In this document: piece by piece, positions 36,492-49,802 of the stretch
How positions within the stretch are numbered: position 1 is the first letter of the stretch
How the letters are laid out: every line of letters starts with the position of its first letter
Assembly: GCA_022813865.1 (NCBI GenBank)
Contig: JALDZX010000043.1
Span: 1-64,000 of the forward strand
Length of the DNA stretch: 64,000 nt
Reading direction: 5' to 3'
Source: Xylographa opegraphella
Taxonomy: Eukaryota
Program-made: the position numbers and the translations under genes
Notes under the pieces: generated by a model
The model's input: the letters and a program-made list of their open reading frames with translations, nothing else
Databases searched by the model: none
What the model was told of the DNA's origin: nothing

Positions 36492-39400
36492 TCAAGGCTG
36501 CTTCTTGACGTCACCCTCCTCGCCCTCGCCGTCGAGCATGTGCGTCAGGCCGGAGAAGGACAGCTTGCTGGCCGAGAAGTGGACGGCGACGAGCCAGGCG
36601 CAGGCGACGTTGACGAGGTGGTGGAGCTGGTAGGCGAACGTGACACCGTAGATGGCGGCGTACATGGCGAGGAAGAAGAAGAGGATGTTCGTAACATGTC
36701 GGAAACTGAATGGGCGAGTTAGCCATGGCAGAGGGTGAAGATAGAAAGCACAGCTAATGAAAGGAAGATTCTGACCTGGTAGTGATTCTCGGTATCATTG
36801 TGCCGCCTGTCAATGTCTCGACAAGCACGATGAACGGCATTATGGATAAAACATTATGGTGTGATGAGAACGGTGTGAGCCAGTGGACGGCGAGATTGTG
36901 GACCCAAACCACCAGCACAGGGATATTGATAGGTAGGATCCAGAGCATGAGGATCAGGATGGAGTGAGCGTAGTTGTAAAAGTTGCAGTGGAGCCCCGAT
37001 CGCTGTAAAGGTCAGCCATATTTACCAAAGAACAAGACGCAAAGCAGAGCGCTCACGGTATCACGAGCTAACCGCAGCGCTCGCGTGCAGGTTGCTATCT
37101 GTACAATGCATGCCACCATGTACGCGAATTGATACGGTATTATTGTCGAGACAAGGAAAAGAAGAATGCCGGTGGTAATGATACGCCTTCGAGGCGATAC
37201 AGACGTGAAAGCTGGAGCGCTCGTTCGTTGTCTATTACATGTTAATGCCCGTGAGCAAAGACGTAACGATCACTCATACCTTCGGTCATCGTTCCTTATC
37301 CAAGCCGGCTTTGTGGTCAGGAATGAGTAGAAGTACGACAAGATGTGGATGATGGTGAGCGCGGCATAGTTGACCAGGACACAGACGCCAACACTTACGA
37401 TGCCAAAGAGCGGTACCAAAAACCAAAAGAAAGAATCCTGCGATCCAAGCAGTGCGTCGTTCTTGGTAAAGTCCATAGCTGTTGCATTGGTGCTGGTTGC
37501 CCATTCGAGAGGACCGGCTGTCGCGGGTTTCGCATGATCGGAAACCGAAGCTAAAGAAATTGCAATGAGTGACAACGCTGCGAGTAGCATCGGGAGGGAC
37601 CGCCTCAAGCACAGATCCAAAGCTTCGGCAAAAGTGATAAAGACTCCTAGATTCTATGATCAGCAATGAGTGTGACACACGCATCTGAAATGCCTTCTTA
37701 CCTGTTGCATCATGAACCATGAACTGCTTCCGCAGCACAAGAGCGACAATGAGCAAGGAAAATGCGACAACGACTGTCCTGTATCGCATGTATAGCTTCC
37801 CCAAGCTGCCAAAGATGTCTACCTCCAATGTGATCTCGATTGAGCTGTTGCAATTGGGATCGGACCAGAGCTGCAGTGACAAGCCACTCGCACTGCTGCG
37901 CCCTTGTAATGGCGGTGGCAGGAACGGCGCAACACCGTGGAAATTGATATTGGCCTCTTTGACATTGACAAAGTACTTCGATTCATGTGGATCCACGAGA
38001 TATTGTCGTAAAAGAGGAGTGAATAGTTCTGCCTCGCCACCACAGGCTTGAGCACCGACGGTCAACTTGTATGCCAGGAGGCTTGAGTGCATCGCTGGAA
38101 TCTTGATCTCGCTCACCATCGGCCGGTCCGCAGACAGTCTCACCCGCAAGCCCATCATGAGGAGACGCCGCAGTGCCACGTCGGCAGAGACCAATGAGTC
38201 CGGATTGTCGCTGAACTCCGCTATGGCCCAGCCTGAATCCGGAGTATTGGTCTTGTCTATCACGGCCACGAATTGGTGCTCGGTTAATTCTTCGATCTGA
38301 TATTGAAGGAACGATAAGGGTGGAGAACCTTCAAATGCGTTTCGGGACGTCCTTGTGGACGCGGGCAACGGGATCACGTCCGAGGCGGCATTCTTACAGG
38401 CCAGTCTGGTCGAGCCGGAGGTCGTGCCGGACAGGTCCATGCTCATGGAGAAGAGCGTGGAGGCGTGGCCTGCTTGCAAAGGAAAGACGCTGCAGAAAAG
38501 CACTTCCAGCTTGCCCGTACCACCAGGGACATCCAAAGGTTGGTCCGAGAGTAGGGTGAATTTGGTTCCGCCAGGTGCGCCTTGCGGTGGTATCGGCAGT
38601 AAATATGCCTGCGGCTTCCCCGAGTGGCCAAAGTCTCGGAGGGTGAGACGCTCCCCCGCCGAAAGGATCGAGTTCGAATTATCCTCCAGGGTGAGAAGGG
38701 TCGTAGGCTCCTTTTGCGACAACGTTTTCTCGGCCGCCTCTTCCATACCGGTGAGGTACCACCGCTTGAAGATCTTCATGCGATCAGCTCGGGGCTTGGT
38801 TTGCCCAGGGCGCCGTACATCAATGGCCTCTATCAACGACCGAATGATGGGCTTTCGGAGCTGATCGCACCATAAGATCGACAGATGATCCGCGCCGGTC
38901 CAGACGTTGGGGATGGACGAAGTGTAGACGGTAAAGCCGTGAGTCTCAGGGACGAGGGAGGCGAGACTGGTGTAATCCGACGGCACGATCTCATCGAGAC
39001 CGCCGCCGGCGATGGAGATGAGGGTGACGTGCCAAAGCGGATTGTTGTTCGCCCATCTCTGCGAGTATGCTTCGCGCCAGTAATCGTTGATCCTTTGGTA
39101 GGTGCGAACGATGTCGGCGTCGAAGGACACGGGTGGTCTCGCGTGTGGGGTGGACATGGTGATGATGGTATTAATGGAATTCGATTGGTAGTTCGGCATG
39201 ATCAGCATGGTTCGAGCCACGATACCACCCATGGAGTGGCCTATTAGGATGACTGAACTTGGGTCGGGTAATCCGGGGTCGCGTCTGGAGCGTCGGGGGT
39301 TATGGTATAGCGAGAGTATGTATGCAACAGCCTCGTTCAGGTACTCGGCCTGGTCCAGCAGGGTTTGTCCGTGAAAGGCGGTGATGTCTTCGTTGAAATC

Positions 39401-40173
39401 GGCGGTAAAGAAGTCGAGGCTCCTGATGCCCGCCTTGAGAGCTTCGGGGTCTTGCTGGACATGGTTGTGAAAGTATACCGCGGCTTCGGAAGCGAGTGGT
39501 CGGACCTGCTTGTGACTTCCAGCGTTGCCCGTAATGAACAAGACCGGGACACCCTTGACCTGCACATTGTCAGTTGGGCACCCTCCCACCGGCTGAACTG
39601 TTTTCCTCTCACCATCGTATCCTCATCAATGCCCTCCTCTCGATAGAGGTAGAGTGAATATTTGCTGGCAAACCTGGTGTGTTCGGTGTCAAAGTCGGAC
39701 AGTTTGGCAAACATGGGCGACATGTATGACATGTTGCAGCCCTTGGGGTCGCGCTGTCGCGTGAGAACGGAGCGCACCATGCAGTAGAGGAACAGCACGG
39801 ACAACACGGTGACTGCGCTGGTCAAGAGCGACCCTCGCCACGGACTGCGGTGGATGCGTGAGCGCCGCCAGTCCTTGTGTTCGGGCATTTTGGCCTCCAC
39901 TGTCGATTGCGACTTGGGAGGCAACGCATACTCCAGCTTCCTCACGTCTCCGTAGGTCTCGGACTCAATGGACCAGGCATGCTGGGTCAAGGGTGCGGTG
40001 GAAAGTGCCTTTTCAACCTTCCTCCGGTCGAGGGTGTCGGAATGTCTGGTCACGTCGAACTTGGCAGTCGTAAAGCTGCGGTCCCTCTCATCGTCGTCCA
40101 AGGGGGCTCCTTCGGCCGTCACGGCTTCATCTGCTGGATCCTCTTCGGTGGAAGCCGAAGACCGTCTTCGCAT
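36492..40173 (-). CDS. BST1: GPI inositol-deacylase (PGAP1 family)
   Basis: KYSLYLYRE, GVPVLFITGNAGSHKQVR, catalytic GHSMGG, ISIAGGGLD, ADHLSILWC; multi-TM C-terminal exons ending DVKKQP*. Confidence 0.93.
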
Positions 40174-40519
40174 TTGAATCAGGCACTTGGTAAGCCGAAC
40201 ATGAATTGGTCACCGAGCCACCGGGAATGCGTCGAGGTCGCTCTGAGGTCACTCGGCAGCGAAGCAATTGAGGGCAGGAGTCGAAGCTTTTGGCTGACAG
40301 GGAACGGAGGCTGGGCGAGCTTGTGTCAAACGAGTGAAAATCTGCTTTCCGACACGGATGATTGGTTAGTTGCGGCACGGGGGGTGGAAAGGTTTCCACA
40401 CGGACACGATCGCGCACCTTTTGGAGGCCCTGGGCGTGAAAGGAACGAGTTTGGATCCAAAAGGGATGGTATCCAAGATGTACGGAGTACAGAGGGAGAG
40501 ATGTGCGGGAGATGTAGGT

Positions 40520-40603
40520 AGTGGCAGTGGCAGAGACAGTGGCAGTGGCAGTGGCAGTGGCAATGGCAGTGGCAGGAGTGAACAGGAACGAGAACAGGAA
40601 CAG
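40520..40603. repeat. Compound hexamer microsatellite, (GTGGCA)n then (GAACAG)n
   Basis: tggcagtggcagagacagtggcagtggcagtggcagtggcaatggcagtggc, then gaacaggaacgagaacaggaacagga. Confidence 0.85.
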
Positions 40604-41317
40604 GATTCAGCTCAATCGCCGGAGGGCCAGTTCAGTCGAAGGCGCAACCCACACAATAATACGGAGTAGATAGTCTCGACAGTCTATGTCCCTCCCCTTA
40701 CCCTCTACCGTAGTTTCAACACGATAAGCTTCGGTGCAAAGTGACTGACTTTGCAACACGCGCACAAAGACGGAGGCTGGCCCGTGGCGCGTGCACCGAG
40801 AGAAAAGGCTTCCCGCCTAGCCCGCTCTGGCTCTAGCGGGGCCTGACAGTGGCGCTGATGATAGGCTGGACAGGGGTCATGATCAGTGACATCACCGGCG
40901 CGCTCTGCAGCTGATTGAAACATTCTTGTTCAAGGCAGCAGCTGTGGGCGTGGGGGTATCTGCCACCACCACGTCTACGGAGGTACAGCTACTACTATAC
41001 TACTACCCCCTCAGGAAGCAACTAAAACCAATTCCATAGTATTCCAACCAGATCGTGCAATTCTACCACGACATCGTCTTCCTCTAAAGTATGCCTGGCC
41101 TCCTCCCAACTGAGCCACCGTCATCTCATAATCTCGACCGCTCGAGCCATGACGACGGGACGGAGGCCGCATTGGCGCCAAGGAGGTGGCTGGCCTGTTC
41201 TAGGTAAGGTAGGGACCGTAGCCGAAAGCGTCCGTCGGAAAGCACGGACGGCCAACTTCCCCTCCGCGCCTGAGGAACCGACCGACTCGGGGGCTACTGC
41301 TTCCAAACCCGAAGGTG

Positions 41318-41483
41318 GAAATACATCATCAAAAAGGTTTCTAGGAGAGTGCGGTCAGAGTGGTAAAAAACGTAGCTTCAGGCTAGATACTCGCGATGTA
41401 GAAATACATCATCAAGAAGCTTTCTCGGAGAGCGCGGTCAGAGTGGTGGGAAAGAGTAGCTTTACGCTCGATACTCGCGATGA
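41318..41483. repeat. Diverged tandem duplication, period 83 bp
   Basis: Copies start gaaatacatcatcaa at 41318 and 41401 and share ggagag.gcggtcagagtggt and gatactcgcgatg. Confidence 0.9.
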
Positions 41484-41692
41484 ACATCCCAAGCGATGAG
41501 ATGCTACCTCTGTACATTGCACTGGCACCGAGGGTCTCCCGGTCAGTACACACCTTACTTGCTCGTAGAAGTAATCATGCTCGACCTCGTCTTGAACTGA
41601 TTCATCGACCGCATTCCCGGCTCCGAGGTACCAGCTTCACAAGAAGGGAAGCCGTCCATTCTACCTTACCGTAGTGCGCACGACGACGACTG

Positions 41693-43791
41693 CTACACCG
41701 TCAACGGACCCACGTGCACTTCCTCCCGCGCTCGCAAGCGCGCGAGCCGTGCCGACGCCGACTGCTCCTTCTGCGTCCGCCGTTGCTGCGCCTGCAGCTT
41801 CGCCAGTCGCCCGCGCGCGCCGAACTTCACCTTCGTGATCATGTCGGCCGCCTTGCCCTTGGTCAGCTGCTCGGGCCGGAGCTTGCCGTCGACCTCCTTG
41901 AGCTTGTTGAGGAAGGCCAGCTGCCCGCTCGTCGCCGCCACCTTCCGCCACGCCTGCCCGCGCCCGATGATGTACCGCGGGAAGGTCTCGGCCGCGAACG
42001 TGTCGGCCGCGTGCACGGCGTCGCTAAACGTGTCCGCCCGCGCCACCTCGCGCGTGCGGCTGTACGGCCGCCACTCCTTCTCCAGCACGAGCCCGCTCGA
42101 GACGCGGGCGTTGTAGCGGATCTGGTACGCCGGCTGCGCCACGCCCGTCTTCTCGATCGTGAGGTACTCCCCGTCCTGGCTCGAGAGCACGTAGCGGTCC
42201 TCGGCCACGTGCACCCACGCGAGCTGGCTGATGCCTCTGATGTGTCGCTCGCCCGAAGTATCGTCGATGAGATCATACACCGAGTCATAATCCGTGAACG
42301 TGATCGTTGAACTCGGAACTCTCCCGGTGTCGGTGCCGGTCGAGGTTGGGGGGCGAACGTCGGCGACTTCCAAGTCGTTCTTCTGCTTGAGCTCCTTGAG
42401 CTGCTCGACACCGGCCTCCTTCACCAGCTCGGACGGATCCAGTCCGAAGAGGGTGGGAATCGTGACCACCCCGGTCTCGAGCGAGGCTACCATGTCTATT
42501 ATATGGCAGTTCTCCTTGCCAGGGTGAAGGCGCATCCCTCTCCCTATCATCTGGACGAGCAGGTTTCGTGACCTCGTGGGGCGCGCAAGCAAAACACAAT
42601 CAATATTGGGAATATCCGTACCCTCCGTAAACACTCCGCAGTTCAGTAGCACGGGGAATTCCCCACTCTTAAAGGCATCCAACAGTTCAGCCCGGGTCTT
42701 ATTGTGGGTGTTTCCCGTGACAAATCGTGCATCGATCCCATGTTTCCTAAATGTCATTGTAAGCCCGGACACATGAGCTAGATCGACGCAGAAGACGATC
42801 GTAGATTTCCGACCGTGGGCCCGAGATAGCCACGCACGAACAGCGATGTCGTTTGTTTCGTTGGTGTTCACGGCACTGGAAAGTTCGCTTTGCATGAAAT
42901 CTCCAGAGTTTGATTTTGAGACTTTGGATATGTCCGCTTTGGATTGGACGGTCGTGAAGATGACGTCGGACAGCCACCTCTCCCCTATCATGTCCACATA
43001 ATCCCTAGACTTGATCAGCATGCACCTATATTGAATCTATACTCAGCTGTACTGACTTATGGTACACAATATGATCAATCGCGGCCCCGAGGCGTAAACC
43101 GTCAAACCTCGAAAGGGTAGCTGACACACCCACCAGAGCCGGCGACGTTGCACTAGGCTCCAAGAGACCGAAATGCTTCAGGGTCTCCATATAACTGGAA
43201 GCAACAATGTGATGGGCTTCATCGACCAGCACCAGCTTGAAGCGCTCGGGGTAAAATTTGCTCATACGGTCTCCTGAAGCTATGCTCCTGACGGAAGCAA
43301 CTGTGATATCAGCAGCTCCAGATGCATGTGTCCTGCCCATCTCGATCTCAATGGACTTTGTGGGATATGCGAGGGCACAGTGGCGGGCCGCTTGCTCGAC
43401 GAGCTCCCGGCGATGGGCAAGGATGAGGGTTTGTGTTGCTTCTCTGGCTGGAGCCTTGACCCGGTCAACCAGTTGCGTGAAGATGACCTGGCCGAAATAT
43501 CAGCATCTGGTCAGACTCACGGAAGACGGAGGTTCGCAAACGAACAGTTTTGCCACTGCCAGTGGCGAGAGACACCCCGAGCCTCTTGTGTCCCCTCGCG
43601 AGGTGCGCCAGCACAGCCTGAATACATTCTTCCTGGTATTCTCGTAGCTTGATCTGAATAGGATGGCGTGAGGCGAGGTCCAGCTCTGTAGGCTGCTTAG
43701 TACTTGCGGATCGTCTCCATAGTGCTCGAGGAGAGACTGGTGGTCTTGCTGAGCAGTGAAGCTTGGTGAGGCTCCGGAAAAGAGCTGGCAT
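41693..43791 (-). CDS. IRC3: Mitochondrial DExH-box helicase Irc3
   Basis: [69 protein letters not shown]. Confidence 0.92.
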
Positions 43792-44316
43792 GCTTCATCG
43801 TGAAGGTGGACCTGGTGAGTATGTGCTTCGCATACTGCCTAAGAGTCACGACCGGCAATTCAACAATGAGATTGGACTACGGAGTACATCTCGGCTTGAT
43901 GAAAGTGTAAAGCATCACCGGGTAGGTGGGTGGTCAAGATAGGTTCTGAAAAAGGAAGTGCCGAACCATTTTGTAACATGAATGGGTAGCATAAGTTACA
44001 ACGAAGCCCAATGGCCACAGCAGTGTTATCTTTCATGCAAAGGATATCATCATGTAGGCTATTTAACAGTACACCAACTCGAACCCTTCATACATCTTCC
44101 GCCATCATGATACGTCACTTGGGCTCTTAGGCACAAATCCTCGACGATAAACTGGCACTGCCGATTTAGTAACAGCTCACAGTCATCTAAGCTCGAGAAA
44201 ATCACATCACGGATTCTTTTCTACTCTTTAGTCATTTATAAGCATTACGGAGCCTCAAGGCCTGTAGCCACAAAGTGCTTTTCTTCGCTGTCGCTGTCCT
44301 TCCGGTTGCTTTATAG

Positions 44317-47300
44317 TTACCAGCCGCCTTCCTTTGGTGTCAGAGGCTCTATGTTCCAGATGCTATCAGCATACTCCACAATACACCTGTCACTCGAGAA
44401 GAAACCCATTCTCGAAACGCTGGTGATACACTTGCTGATCCATTCATCTTGGTCTTTGTATGCCTCGTCAACAAGAGCCTGAGTCTTGATGTAGCTATTG
44501 AAGTCATCGCTGACAAGGTAGTAGTCGCCGTGGTCGGTGACAGAGTTCACGAGTGCGGAAAACGCATCAGCATCTCCAAAGGTACCGGAGCGGATCGCGT
44601 CGAAGACTTTGCTGAGGTCGGGGTCGACACTATGATCCCCATAATTATGGTTATGACGGAGGTCCTCCACGTCTTCTGCGAGATTGCCAAAGAGGAAGAT
44701 GTTCGATTCACCAATTTCACGAGTAATTTCGATCTGTGTATATTTAGTATTTGTTCCAAGCTTGTGAACGTATCACTCACATTTGCACCATCACAAGTGC
44801 CAATTATCAAACCTCCATTCAGCACAAATTTCATGTTACTGGTACCACTGGCTTCAGTACCAGCCGTGGAGATGTGCTCGCTGATGTCCGACGCTGGAAT
44901 GATAATCTCTGCCTTGCTGACATTGTAATCCTCCAAAAAGATACATTTCAGGAGATCGCCTACATCCTTGTCATTGTTAACCACCGAACCTACCTTGTTG
45001 ATCAGATGGATGATGGTCTTGGCCATCCAGTATCCCGGCGCAGCTTTACCGCCGAAGATAGACACACGTGGTGCAAGCTTCTTGCGTTCTTCAGGAGTCA
45101 TGGCCTTGATCGTAAGATATCTGTGAATCACTCCAAAGATGTTCATTTGCTGCCTCTTGTACTCGTGTATTCGCTTGACTTGAATATCGAAGAGCGCCTT
45201 CGGATTGACGCTCACTCCAGTGGTCGTCATGATGTGCTGCGCCAATCTGACTTTGTTGGCATATTTGATCTCTTGCCATTCCTTCTTGAAAGCTTTGTCG
45301 TCAACATAGTTTTCCAGCTTGTTCAGCATGGTAAGGTCCTTGAAGATGTCATCCGTTCCGACTTTCGTAGCAATGAGGTCAGAAAGTCGGGGGTTTGCCT
45401 GGTGGAGCCAACGTCGAGGTGTAATACCGTTAGTCACATTGGTGAATTTGTCGGGACCATAGATTTTCACAAAGTCCTTGAAAATGGTTGTTTTGATCAG
45501 GTCGGAGTGCAGTTCTGCCACACCGTTGACCTTGTGGGATCCAATGATGGCTAGATAAGCCATACGGACCATCTTTGGCTGCGATTCTTCAATAATGGAC
45601 ACCCGTGACAGTATTTCACGTTCCTTGGGGAATCTTCGTTCGACCGACTGCAAGAACTGTAGGTTGATTTCGTAGATAATCTGGAGATGACGAGGAAGCA
45701 AATTTTGGAAGAGCGGTACAGACCACTTCTCGAGCGCCTCTGGGAGCACAGTATGATTCGTGTAACCGAAGGTGTTTGTGACGATACTCCACGCCTCATC
45801 CCATTCAAGACCCTCAAGATCAACAAGAATGCGCTGCAACTCCACGATTGCAAGAGTTGGATGAGTATCGTTAAGTTGGATTGCGACCTGATCGGGGAAG
45901 CTTGACCAAGCCCTCTTGGTCTTCTTAAAGCGGCGAACGATATCGTAAAGCGAAGCGGCACACCAGAAGTATTGTTGCTTCAGACGTAGCTCCTTTCCAC
46001 GCTCTAGATTGTCGTTGGGATATAGTACCGCAGAGATGGTCTCTGCTCTTTGTTGATCTCCCACGGAGCTTTCATATTCACCAGAATTGAACTTCTGGAA
46101 GTCAAACTCGCCTTTGGCGGCCTTGCTAGACCACAGACGCAGGTTGTTTGTGGTAGCAGTTTTGTAACCTGGAATCGGGACGTCGTACGCCACAGCATCG
46201 ACAATCTCACCACCTTCCCAAACCGCGATGTTCTTGCCACCCTCGTCCCTGATTCCCATCAACAACGCTCGATGCTTATGTAACAACAAACTTACTGGTA
46301 TTTCCTAACGTGGCCATAAAATTGAATGTCCACTGTAATGTCATGTCTGGGGAATTCCCATGGGTTGAAGTCGAGCCAGTAGTCAGGAATCTCAACCTGA
46401 TATCCGTCGATGATTTCTTGCTTGAAGATCCCGTATCTATATCGAAGGCCATAACCCCATGCTGGGTAATTCAATGATGCAAGACTGTCAAGGAAGCAGG
46501 CGGCCAAACGCCCCAGACCACCGTTACCAAGAGCAGCATCATGTTCTTGAGTGATGACATCCTCAATCCGAAAGCCGAGGTCGGCGAGCCCAGCTATCCA
46601 AAATCAGAAACAATAGACTAATGGGATCTGGTAAGTGCAGACCTTTAGCAACGTCCTTCAAGCCCACGTTGAGCATAGCATTGTCAAGAGCTCTACCCAT
46701 CAGAAATTCGAGCGACAAGTCTAAACACCTTACATCAGAACATATATCGGCAAACTCCATTCAAGAGTCTCACAATAAACACGCTTCTGATCTGCAAAGG
46801 TCTGGCGCTGCTGAGTCTTGTTCCATTCTATGACCAATCGATCCCGGAACGCAAGGGAGGCTCCGGAGTAGGCGGCACTGAAATGAACTTTGATCAGTCG
46901 CAGGGGTCAAGCCATCAGATACAATACAGTGGAATCTTACAGCTCATCGCAATTGAACAATGACCGAGCCAAGGTAGTCTCAATATGCCGAACAGTCTCT
47001 GACTTAAGGAGTGGTGAGCATCATCTATGAGCCACTCAGAAGCATGGCCCATACCTCAAACTCCTCTCTGGTAGTAAAGCCACGAGCAGACTAGACAGCT
47101 GTGAGTCGACTAGCTGACCACACAAGGAACCGGGTAATGCATACAAATTTTCTCCAACTATGTTTCATTAGCTAAGACGGTTGAGGTATATCACAAGAGA
47201 ACGGAAATGCTTACGCTTCTCTTTGTCCCTCGGGAATGCTGGCCTCGACACTCTTGATCTCCTGAGCACTGAAGCCGGTGAGAGCTCGCTTGTGCTTGGG

Positions 47301-47387
47301 TCGAGTGAAAGCGGGGCCGACTGGGCCTTGGAGCTCGGAGATCGGGGCGCTGGTGGACGGTTTTCGCTCACGGACTTGAGTGGCCAT
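44317..47387 (-). CDS. GPH1: Glycogen phosphorylase (multi-exon)
   Basis: [56 protein letters not shown] site [15 protein letters not shown]. Confidence 0.97.
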
Positions 47388-48466
47388 GGTGACTGAATGG
47401 ATTGAGGAGAATAAAGTAGAGGGGGAGGATGATTGAGGGATAGGGCAGCAGGAAGTGGTTGTGGACGGACAAGCCGGACGGAGTTTCAATGGGGTTGTGG
47501 GGAGCTAAGATTACTCGTCGTATCGTCAGCTAAACCGGACTAGGACCTAGTTCCATCGAGGGGTACTCTCTAGTGCGTTTGACCAGCTGTGGGGCGGTGT
47601 TTATCTTAGCGGCCCGCGCCTGTTCTGCTTCAGTCCAAGCTCGCCAATCGGCCAGGCACAACGTGCGTGCCCCAGACAATTGCTGTATCATGTACCTATC
47701 AATAAGGTGAGGTAGCTTCCAGCAGACCCCGATGTAGCTGGCGGTCTGAATCAGACCGCATGTTCCGTGCTGCTGCGAAAACTCTGGTACCAGTCACATT
47801 GGCTACAGCACTAGCACAGAGGCATGTCGACGAGACATTCATGGCCACACTGATTCGAGTTTCATTCCATTGTCCTCATTTCCTAGTCTGCGTCCTTGCC
47901 TGCCACAATGGTACAGACACTGGCTATCTCTCAACGGTGCCGCTCTCCATGCTGTCCTCTGGAACACTCACGCGCCAGGTCCCTTGGTTCCATATCAAGC
48001 CACGTTGCTGCCATTCACGGATCACCGAGGCGGCCACAGAGACGTAGTCCCTGCCGGCGTCCTGCTGGATCCCCCATGCCAGAGCACCCCGAAGACCATA
48101 GGCACGAAGCCGCCGTTGCACAAGCACGCATGCCTCTTTCGCTGCCAACAATGGACAGCTGTAGAAGCTCGCAACCCAATCATTCAAGCATTACACACAT
48201 GTCCCGGATCAGGAAGCTTTTGGCAGCCAAGGTCTCCAACAAAATTCCACGCGCAAATCCTCTGCACAATACCCAACCCCGACACCGCGCAATGGGTTCA
48301 TGACTCCGAGGACCATGTTCCGTGTTGTCCCATCCATGGCAGACCTCCTCACCCAAGATTACAATTACAGCCGCCGACTCCGGCGAAGAGGGCAGAAACA
48401 TAGATGTCGCTAAATATGCACAGTGCAGAAGAGTGTTGATGCAGTTCACCGTTCAGGCCCTCTCGG

Positions 48467-49802
48467 TCAGAGTATGCCTGATTCTGCCAGGGCGTTGTGC
48501 AGAATGGTGTCCTTGACCGCGGCAAACACGAGTCGAATGTTCGAGGTATCGGTTGCTTGGGTGAGACTGCAAAGTCGGTCAGCTACTGTTCGATGGTTGC
48601 ACGTGGATGAGCAGTCCTTACTGGGGATACAGATTAAGGTGCGCTCGGTTGACCTGGTTGAACCGCCATAGCAGATACTTGGCAGCTCGATTAACGTCGT
48701 TACCGCCGGAGTAGTCGGGGAAGTAATTCCCTAGCGGGGATCGCCCAAGTTTGGCTTTGAAGAGGTCGACTTTGTTGAGGAAAAGTATGATGCTGGTTCT
48801 CATAAACCAGCGCGAGTTTACGACCGAGTCAAATAGCACGAGGCTCTCCATCATACGGTTCTAGGTTTCAATTAGTACTGTGACCAGCCTAGCGTACGAA
48901 CGAGGCGTACCTGGTTGCTTTCCTCAAGCAATACCTGATCATATTCGCTCAAAGCCACGCAGAATATGATGGACGTGACATTCTCGAAGCAATGAATCCA
49001 TTTCTTTCGCTCACTGCGCTGACCACCCACGTCGAACATACTGTATGTCGTTGTCAGCTGCCATGCAGTTGTGTGGAAAGATGTACTCTTACTGTATGCT
49101 GAGCTGGCCCATGGTAAACCTTGTTTCATAAATACCAGTAGTCTTTGTTCGAGCTCGCAATACATCAGCCTCAATGGGGATGTAATCAGGTGAAGCAATC
49201 CGCAGAGCCTCCTCGAAGAAACTGCCAGGCATTAGTCTCCAGCATTGAACCGCATTGGAATATAGAATTGTTCCACATACTACGGGGCGGAGTCCATCAG
49301 GTAGAATTCGCTCTGATGATCCATGACCTGCGCGATACTAGCATCCTGCCATATCGAAACGACTGACGTGCCAACACGTGGATCGAGTGGCTTGTGTGGA
49401 TCTGGATCCACCACGTATGACAACAGGTATTCCGCGTTCTCGTCGTTGAGGGGGTTCGTTGGTTCAATCTCGAATTGCTGCATAGCCATGATGAGCGCCT
49501 TGGCGCAATCGATCACGTTCTTGTATATTGTCAACCGGTAAAGAGCAAGCTCGTCGACCGTGTACCCATTCTGATGGATGATCTTCATCTGCTTGACTAT
49601 AGTGGACTTGCCACTCTCCCCAGAACCTATATCATATAAGTCGTTGAGCCAGAAATCGCGTGATGTGCATCTTACCAAGCAGTAAAATCTTGCATTCCTT
49701 TCGCAGTCTTCTCGAGTCTTCCTCGAGTCCTGCATCAATGGCCCTGCTTCTCTTTTTCTTTTCCACCTCCTCCGAGCTTTCGGAGCTCATACAGGCGCCC
49801 AT
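48467..49802 (-). CDS. ganB: Heterotrimeric G-protein alpha subunit, fungal class III (GanB/GNA-3/MagA type)
   Basis: MGACMS N-terminus, [39 protein letters not shown]-terminal KDSGIL*. Confidence 0.93.

Noticed and set aside
41149..41499. 116-aa ORF spanning the 83-bp duplication
   Set aside because: The two copies are read in different frames, and there is no recognisable motif.
47760..48403. Overlapping + strand ORFs between GPH1 and the G-alpha gene
   Set aside because: No motif or clear codon bias; likely promoter and 3' UTR.
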